DNA from: Syntrophomonadaceae bacterium
GTDB lineage: Bacteria; Bacillota; Syntrophomonadia; Syntrophomonadales; Syntrophomonadaceae
Direction of reading: 5' to 3'
Length of the DNA stretch: 64,000 nucleotides
Assembly (NCBI GenBank): GCA_012515055.1
Contig: JAAYZA010000318.1
Location: 42,489-106,488 of the forward strand
Shown here: positions 58,017 to 64,000 of the stretch, one piece after another
Layout: each line of letters opens with the position of its first letter
Numbering within the stretch: position 1 is the first letter of the stretch
Translations under genes and position numbers: made by a program
The notes under the pieces: generated by a model
The model's input: the letters and a program-made list of their open reading frames with translations, nothing else
Database searches by the model: none
Told to the model about the DNA's origin: nothing

Positions 58017-58904
58017 GTGAGAAGATTGACCGGGACTGAAGTATATGCTGATTTAAGCTTCATCATTAATTTGGTGATGGATGCCGCTATTCTCTGGACT
58101 ACCGCCAGACTGGCGGGGTTGGATTTTAAATGGGGAAGACTATTGATGGCAGCTTTAGCGGGGGCGGTCTATGCCGTCGGATTCTTGTTTTTACCTGACC
58201 ATTTTGGCTATTTGTTACCAGCTAAAGTTTTGTTCTCCTTTATTTTGATTATACTGGCATTTTACCCTTGCAGCTGGAGTGATGTGAAGAAAGCCTTTTT
58301 GTATTTTTATCTGATAAGTTTTGTTGCTGCCGGAGCTATTACCGGCCTGCCCTACCTGGTGCTGGGAATGGAGCGGGAAAACAATGATGTCTTATGGATA
58401 GCAGCCGGTCTGGGAGTCGCTTTATGGGCAGGGTGGCAGGGACAAAAACTATTTTTTACCCGGGTGATCCCGAAGATATTAAATTTCATGGTTCATATAA
58501 GATTTGGTGGGCAGGAATTCTGTGGCCGAGGTTTTCTGGATACCGGAAATATGCTGCGGGATCCACTGACTGATGCTCCGGTTTTAATTGCCGAGTATAA
58601 ATGGTTAAAACAATATTTGCCCCGGGACTTGCATGCTATACTCGACAATCCTGCCGATGAAACTGATCTTTTGGGTCTGGCGGCCTCCAGCAGCTGGGCG
58701 GGAAGGCTGCGTATAATTCCTTTTAGTTCGGTAGGGCGGCAAAATGGCCTTTTATTAGGAGTCCGGGCCGATGAAATAAAACTGGATATGGGCCACGAAT
58801 ACATTTGCTGCAAAAACCTGATCATTGCCATCTACAGGGAAAGACTCAGCCCGGACGGCCGGTATCAATTATTAATACCGGCTGAAATTGTGCAAAACCA
58901 ATAA
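58017..58904 (+). CDS. spoIIGA: Sigma-E processing peptidase SpoIIGA
   Basis: N-terminal multi-pass membrane half, then the aspartic protease motif FLDTGN. Position upstream of sigE. The exact start (GTG 58017 or TTG 58026) is uncertain. Confidence 0.85.
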   Translation: MRRLTGTEVYADLSFIINLVMDAAILWTTARLAGLDFKWGRLLMAALAGAVYAVGFLFLPDHFGYLLPAKVLFSFILIILAFYPCSWSDVKKAFLYFYLISFVAAGAITGLPYLVLGMERENNDVLWIAAGLGVALWAGWQGQKLFFTRVIPKILNFMVHIRFGGQEFCGRGFLDTGNMLRDPLTDAPVLIAEYKWLKQYLPRDLHAILDNPADETDLLGLAASSSWAGRLRIIPFSSVGRQNGLLLGVRADEIKLDMGHEYICCKNLIIAIYRERLSPDGRYQLLIPAEIVQNQ

Positions 58905-59084
58905 AATGACGGCCAGCAAATGTCCCGGGGCGGATCAAGGAAAATCGACCCGTAAAGGATGGGCAAAAGTTAATGACCACCGGGAAGAAAACCAAAATAC
59001 ATAAGCCGTCAGTAATCTTTGTTGGTACAAGTGGAGATTGTGCTTATTTCGCGAAACAAAAAATATAAAAAGGGGTGGTTCCTT

Positions 59085-59816
59085 ATGAAGAAAATCTGGG
59101 TTTTCTTAAAAAACTGGCGCCTGCACCTGGCAAAGCTTTTTTTAAGCAAAAAAAGAAGGGCTAAATATGTGCATTATATTGGTTCAACCGAGGTTTTGCC
59201 CCCACCCCTGCGCGAACGGGAAGAATATGATTTGATCACCAAGCTGGCCCAGGGGGACATGGCTGTTAAAGCGACCTTGATCGAGCATAATCTGCGGCTG
59301 GTGGTATATATTGCCAAGAAATTTGAAAACACCGGCATCAATATAGAAGACCTGGTTTCGATCGGAACCATCGGTTTGATCAAGGCAGTCAATACCTTTG
59401 AACCCAAGAAGAACATTAAACTGGCTACTTATGCTTCCCGCTGCATAGAAAACGAGATCTTAATGTACTTAAGGCGCAATATTAAAAACCGGGTGGAAGT
59501 ATCTCTGGATGAACCCCTTAATGTAGATTGGGATGGGAATGAACTGCTATTATCAGATGTATTGGGAACTGAAGGTGATATGATATATAAAAAAATAGAA
59601 GCAGAAGTGGAAAAAAATCTTTTATGGCAGGCCATGCACAAATTGAATAACCGGGAAAAAACCATTGTGAAGCTTCGCTTCGGTCTGGAAGAGGGTCAGG
59701 AAGAAAAAACCCAGAAGGAAGTTGCGGATATATTGGGGATATCCCAATCTTATATTTCACGCCTGGAAAAACGCATCCTGAAAAGATTGCAAAGAGAAAT
59801 AAGAAAGATCGAATAG
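59085..59816 (+). CDS. sigE: Sporulation sigma factor E (pro-sigma-E)
   Basis: Near-colinear with my recollection of B. subtilis pro-SigE ([47 protein letters not shown]). ATG follows GGGGTGG. Confidence 0.95.
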   Translation: MKKIWVFLKNWRLHLAKLFLSKKRRAKYVHYIGSTEVLPPPLREREEYDLITKLAQGDMAVKATLIEHNLRLVVYIAKKFENTGINIEDLVSIGTIGLIKAVNTFEPKKNIKLATYASRCIENEILMYLRRNIKNRVEVSLDEPLNVDWDGNELLLSDVLGTEGDMIYKKIEAEVEKNLLWQAMHKLNNREKTIVKLRFGLEEGQEEKTQKEVADILGISQSYISRLEKRILKRLQREIRKIE

Positions 59817-60000
59817 AGGTGATCAGCCCCCGTTTACAGGCGGCAAAAAACAAGGATCAATCCCCTTACTCCATATGGTGGATTATGCCCGGGAACTATT
59901 GGAGGATGTAATAGAAGCTGGGGCAATGGTAAAAAACAGCATCCTTGGAGTCAACCGGAAAAAATATAGACTGTGATGTATTCCCACGAAAAATATCAAA

Positions 60001-60024
60001 AGGCCTCTTTATAGAGGTTTTTTT
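60001..60024 (+). terminator. Intrinsic terminator between sigE and sigG
   Basis: CCTCT-TTAT-AGAGG, extendable by G-U pairs, followed by T7. Confidence 0.55.
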
Positions 60025-60039
60025 ATGGGCAGATAAATC

Positions 60040-60069
60040 GCATAATTTTTGGTGGTTAAGTAAATAATT
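60040..60069 (+). promoter_or_regulatory. Candidate forespore (sigma-F/sigma-G type) promoter of sigG
   Basis: GCATA, 15 nt, then GTAAATAATT. This has one mismatch to my recollection of the GCATA-N15-GGnrAnAhTw pattern. It lies 40 nt upstream of sigG. Confidence 0.3.
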
Positions 60070-60108
60070 CAAATAATAATATTATTTAGCGGGGAAGGAA
60101 CAGCAAAA

Positions 60109-60879
60109 TTGATAAATAAAGTAGAGATATGCGGTGTAAATACTTCCAAACTGCCAGTATTGAAAAATGATGAAATGCGCAAACTTTTTACCCAATTGCA
60201 GGCCGGGCAGATAGAAGCCAGAGAAACATTGATCCAGGGTAATTTGCGTCTGGTCCTGAGCGTTATTCAAAGGTTTTCCAACCGGGGCGAATATGTTGAT
60301 GATCTATTTCAGGTTGGATGTATTGGCCTGATGAAAGCAATCGATAATTTTGATTTGAGTCAAAATGTGAGATTCTCTACTTATGCAGTACCAATGATAA
60401 TAGGCGAGATCAGACGTTATTTAAGAGATAATAATGCAGTAAGGGTATCACGGTCCTTGCGGGACATAGCTTATAAGGCCCTGCAGGTAAGGGAAAGAAT
60501 GGTGTCCGACAATGCTGCCGAACCCACCCTGTCGCAAATTGCCGAACAGCTGGAAGTTCCCCGGGAAGAAGTGGTCTTTGCCCTGGACGCTATTCAAGAA
60601 CCGGTATCTTTATTTGAACCCATTTATAATGATGGCGGTGATCCTATCCTGGTTATGGATCAAATCAGTGATGATAAAAACAGCGATGATTTGTGGCTGG
60701 AGGAAATAACTATCGGTGAAGCCATAAAAAAACTGAATGATCGGGAAAAACACATTGTGTCATTGAGATTTTATCATGGCAAGACCCAGATGGAGGTAGC
60801 AGAGGAAATAGGTATTTCCCAGGCCCAGGTATCCCGCCTGGAAAAAGCAGCATTGAAGACCTTGAAAAAATATATTTAA
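60109..60879 (+). CDS. sigG: Sporulation sigma factor G
   Basis: Close to my recollection of B. subtilis SigG (KVEICGVNTSKLPVLKN, GNLRLVLSVIQRF, GISQAQVSRLEK). TTG start. Confidence 0.95.
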   Translation: MINKVEICGVNTSKLPVLKNDEMRKLFTQLQAGQIEARETLIQGNLRLVLSVIQRFSNRGEYVDDLFQVGCIGLMKAIDNFDLSQNVRFSTYAVPMIIGEIRRYLRDNNAVRVSRSLRDIAYKALQVRERMVSDNAAEPTLSQIAEQLEVPREEVVFALDAIQEPVSLFEPIYNDGGDPILVMDQISDDKNSDDLWLEEITIGEAIKKLNDREKHIVSLRFYHGKTQMEVAEEIGISQAQVSRLEKAALKTLKKYI

Positions 60880-60896
60880 TGATCGAGGGGATCCCG

Positions 60897-61031
60897 ATGA
60901 AACGAAATCTTGCCGTTTTTTTACTGGCTGTTATTCTGGCGCTGTTGATCCCGGTGACATCGGCGCTTTTGGCCAGCGATCCGGCCTTCACTTCCGACAA
61001 TTTAGTAATTTTACAGGTTAAGAATAATTAA
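60897..61031 (+). CDS. Possible 44-aa signal-peptide-bearing small ORF
   Basis: GAGGGG lies 6 nt upstream of the ATG. MKRNLAVFLLAVILALLIPVTSALLA then SDPAFTSDNLVILQVKNN. It falls below the ORF-track length cutoff. Confidence 0.3.
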   Translation: MKRNLAVFLLAVILALLIPVTSALLASDPAFTSDNLVILQVKNN

Positions 61032-61117
61032 AGCTGCCCCGGTGGTTGTATGCCAGCTTCGGAAAGGGTTTTTTGTGTTAAACTTTATGTATAATTCTTG
61101 TTAAAAGGAGAAAAACC

Positions 61118-62488
61118 ATGGGAGCTGGAGATAAGATCAACTTGAGCTGGCCGGGAAAAGAAAGTGTTTTAAGCGGTCAAAACCGGCGTGCGGAAAAATT
61201 AAAACAGATGGTTTATCCCCGGCCATTGACCGAAAAAACATTGTTTACTCCGGAAATCAAAGAACGCAGGATTGAGCCGGACGGGGTAAACAGAAGTTTT
61301 CTGGGGGACAATTTAGAGGTCATGGAGCAGCTGATTGGCGCAGGATATGAAAACAATATTGATTTGATTTATATTGATCCCCCCTATATGAGTTCTTCCA
61401 ACTACCATGCTAAAACTGTTGTCGAAGGCAAAGACTATAAAAAGACTATTTCCCGCCTGGTTTTCACCGATACCTGGAAGGATGATATCAATAACTATCT
61501 CACTCACATTTATCCCCGGCTGCAAATGATGTATAGACTTTTAAAAGAAAATGGCAGTATTTTTGTGCATTTGGATTGGCATATAAGTCATTATGTGAAA
61601 ATATTGCTGGATGAAATATTTTCTCCCCGGTCTTTCGTTAATGAGATCGTATGGTGCTATAGCGGGGGGAGCGGGGCCGGAAAGCATTTTCAAAGAAAAC
61701 ATGATATTATTTTATGGTATGTTAAAGGACCGGATTACATCTTTCATCCCCAATACCGGCCTTATTCGGAAGGCACCAGGCAAAGAGGCCTCACACAGGT
61801 TAAAGGCGATAAATATCAATTGAATGAAAAAGGAGCCAATTTGCAGGATTGGTGGAGTGATATCAATAAGATACTGAGTCCCACTGCCCGGGAAAACTTG
61901 AAATTTCCTACCCAGAAACCAATGGCCCTGGCGGAAAGAATCATTGCTGCCGCCAGTGATCCCGACAGCCTGGTGGCGGATTTCTATTCTGGTTCGGGAA
62001 CTACAGCCGCAGCCTGTGAAAAACTGGGGCGCTCATGGATCTGCTGTGACCTGAGTCCTCTGGCCATCGATACCATGTCCCGACGTTTAATCAAGAGTAA
62101 AAGCCGGCCTTTTTCCATAGAAACAGACAAAGAATATATAAAACCAGACAATGCCGGGATAAAAATTGAAACGACCACGACCCAGATGGGGGAAGATACC
62201 ATCGAAATCAATATTTTTATAAAAGAATTCGTCCCCCGGCGGGAAAATGTTCCCGGTGATTCACCGGCATTATTCATTCATTTCTGGGAAGTGGATCTTG
62301 ATCACGACGGTAAAGACTTCCATTCCGACATACAAGTATTGAGGAACACAGCCAAATATGACGATTCACTCTGTCTGGATGTCAATGTCAGGGTCCCGGC
62401 CCGGGAGTCATTTTACATAGCCGTAATGGTTCATGATCTGTGGGGGGATATAACCATGGCCAGGGTAAAGATTGAGTCAATGATTTGA
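61118..62488 (+). CDS. Beta-class N6-adenine (DPPY) DNA methyltransferase with ~130-aa C-terminal extension; no adjacent restriction gene
   Basis: Motif IV IYIDPPY (61376-61387) precedes motif I DFYSGSGTTAAAC (~61975-62013), which is the beta-class order. AAAGGAG SD. Confidence 0.85.
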   Translation: MGAGDKINLSWPGKESVLSGQNRRAEKLKQMVYPRPLTEKTLFTPEIKERRIEPDGVNRSFLGDNLEVMEQLIGAGYENNIDLIYIDPPYMSSSNYHAKTVVEGKDYKKTISRLVFTDTWKDDINNYLTHIYPRLQMMYRLLKENGSIFVHLDWHISHYVKILLDEIFSPRSFVNEIVWCYSGGSGAGKHFQRKHDIILWYVKGPDYIFHPQYRPYSEGTRQRGLTQVKGDKYQLNEKGANLQDWWSDINKILSPTARENLKFPTQKPMALAERIIAAASDPDSLVADFYSGSGTTAAACEKLGRSWICCDLSPLAIDTMSRRLIKSKSRPFSIETDKEYIKPDNAGIKIETTTTQMGEDTIEINIFIKEFVPRRENVPGDSPALFIHFWEVDLDHDGKDFHSDIQVLRNTAKYDDSLCLDVNVRVPARESFYIAVMVHDLWGDITMARVKIESMI

Positions 62489-62498
62489 TCCGCAAATT

Positions 62499-62705
62499 TT
62501 ACAGCCCTCCCTCTGGACGTTCACGTGAATGTTCATGAGTTGAGGAGGATATTTTACAGCCCAGCAAAAATACGCCGGTTATTGCCAGGGTGTGTAAGAC
62601 CCACCAGCCGGATTCTAAAAAACTAAAACTGCCGGGATCGATCCTGTCTTTTCCCAGGGCCTTTTTAAACAAGGAATGTTTTCTGTCCACCAGATCTAAA
62701 AACAT
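62499..62705 (-). CDS. Possible small single-TM protein (68 aa)
   Basis: GGAAGGAAG lies 9 nt upstream of the ATG. One hydrophobic segment (WWVLHTLAITGVFLLG). Its 3' end overlaps a repeat/palindrome region. Confidence 0.3.
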   Translation of the reverse strand: MFLDLVDRKHSLFKKALGKDRIDPGSFSFLESGWWVLHTLAITGVFLLGCKISSSTHEHSRERPEGGL

Positions 62706-62903
62706 AGGCTATCGCTTCCTTCCTTTTAAATATCTGCTGCTTTTATTTTCTCCACAGTCAGCGGAAATTACCGCAACAATTTATGTCAAAAACATCAGTA
62801 AGAATATAACAAAAATGGGAAAAGAGAAAGATTCTGGTTGCATATAACCTTAATGTATGCTATCTATTACCATAAGATTTATGTAAATTTGGGGTCGATC
62901 TTG

Positions 62904-63995
62904 ATGAATCAGGAAAAAGCAGCTTTAACTGCTCTCCATGGGATAAGAGGGCTGGGAAATCGTTCTTTGTGGAAACTAAAATCATTGATGGGAGATTTCT
63001 GCTCGGTGCTGAATGCTGATAGAAAGCAGCTTATGAGTGTAAATTTACCTGATGAAGTGGTTCAGGCCATTATGGATCTGCCGAAACTGGATGTTTTAGA
63101 GGAACAACTGGATAAAATCACCCGGCAGGGCATCCGGATTATTACATTTGACGAAGAGGATTATCCTTATTTATTGCGTGATATCAGCAATCCCCCCTAT
63201 ATACTTTATGTCCGCGGCAATATCAACCTGACGGGGCATTTATGCCTGGCCATAGTCGGATCGCGTATTGCCACTGCTTATGGCAAAATGGCGGCCCATA
63301 AATTTGCGCGGGAATTGGTCCAAAATGATGTGGCAATTGTGAGCGGAATGGCCCGGGGCATTGACACTGAAGCCCATCTGGGGGCACTGGAGGGTCAAGG
63401 CCCTACTATTGCTGTTTTGGGCAGCGGGCTGGATATCATATACCCACCTGAAAACCGAAGGTTGTTTCAGGAAATCTGTGCCAGTGGTTCAGTAATCAGT
63501 GAATTTCCTTTAGGGATGGCCCCGGAACCAGGCAATTTTCCCTCCAGGAATCGGATAATATCTGGATTGAGCCGCGGAGTGATAGTGGCGGAAGCCATGG
63601 AAAAAAGCGGGGCTCTTATCACGGCAGATTTTGCTCTGGAGCAGGGGCGGGACGTATTTGCCATCCCCGGCCCGATAAATAGTAAAACCAGTGCCGGGAC
63701 CAATAATCTTATCAAACAGGGGGCCAAGCTCATTACCTGCGTTGAAGATGTATTGGAGGAATATTATTTTCATAATAATGAAAAAAGCAACGATAAAGAA
63801 CAACTGCGACTATTATTACTTGATAAAAATGAAGAAATAATTGTAGAATGTATTGAATCACAACCGGTGCATTTTGATGAAATTTTGGCAGTTACAGGTT
63901 TTGAAATAGGCACTCTCAGCACCATTTTGCTAAAACTGGAGTTTGAGGGCATAATTAAATCCCTCCCGGGAAATAGCTATGTGAAAATATTTTAA
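62904..63995 (+). CDS. dprA: DNA processing protein DprA (Smf)
   Basis: VSGMARGIDT and PGPINS...GTN.LI..GA motifs. C-terminal winged-helix-like tail. Confidence 0.9.
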   Translation: MNQEKAALTALHGIRGLGNRSLWKLKSLMGDFCSVLNADRKQLMSVNLPDEVVQAIMDLPKLDVLEEQLDKITRQGIRIITFDEEDYPYLLRDISNPPYILYVRGNINLTGHLCLAIVGSRIATAYGKMAAHKFARELVQNDVAIVSGMARGIDTEAHLGALEGQGPTIAVLGSGLDIIYPPENRRLFQEICASGSVISEFPLGMAPEPGNFPSRNRIISGLSRGVIVAEAMEKSGALITADFALEQGRDVFAIPGPINSKTSAGTNNLIKQGAKLITCVEDVLEEYYFHNNEKSNDKEQLRLLLLDKNEEIIVECIESQPVHFDEILAVTGFEIGTLSTILLKLEFEGIIKSLPGNSYVKIF

Positions 63996-64000
63996 TGAAA

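Overview
The window reads as core chromosome of an endospore-forming Firmicute of the class Clostridia, by eye roughly mid-40s % GC. The lineage guess (Peptococcaceae or Desulfotomaculum-like) rests only on gene content and order.

Gene content, left to right:
- mtaD, with its 5' end outside the window.
- A cytoplasmic NuoE/NuoF-linked formate dehydrogenase operon.
- A convergent Tat-exported membrane formate dehydrogenase operon (fdnG-H-I plus fdhE).
- Three consecutive MoeA-family genes.
- A P-loop ATPase and a DUF896 gene.
- recJ-relA-dtd-MBL hydrolase.
- A Phe T-box leader controlling aroF-pheA.
- hisS-aspS, tcdA, and paaK plus an ACT-domain gene.
- A poorly characterised envelope or surface locus at 33.4-37.8 kb, then a PHP hydrolase.
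- A complete dcw cluster from mraZ to ftsZ, followed by spoIIGA-sigE-sigG.
- A solitary DNA methyltransferase and dprA.

Main points:
1. The ORF track splits both formate dehydrogenase catalytic subunits at in-frame TGA codons. Each TGA is followed 11 nt later by a SECIS-like hairpin, so this organism decodes UGA as selenocysteine.
2. Two other places continue with coding-like sequence after an in-frame TGA. One is a candidate unannotated C-x-x-U selenoprotein gene in an apparently empty 0.9-kb gap (36.9-37.3 kb). The other is a 54-codon extension after the pheA stop. Both are hypotheses, not calls.
3. The Phe T-box carries a duplicated discriminator/terminator module with no second Stem I.
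4. ftsA has no canonical start codon upstream of its ATPase motif and appears to start at ATT.
5. The beta-class m6A methyltransferase next to sigG has no restriction partner in the window.

I saw no CRISPR array, rRNA gene, tRNA gene or obvious mobile element. All family assignments come from motif recognition by eye; no database search was run.
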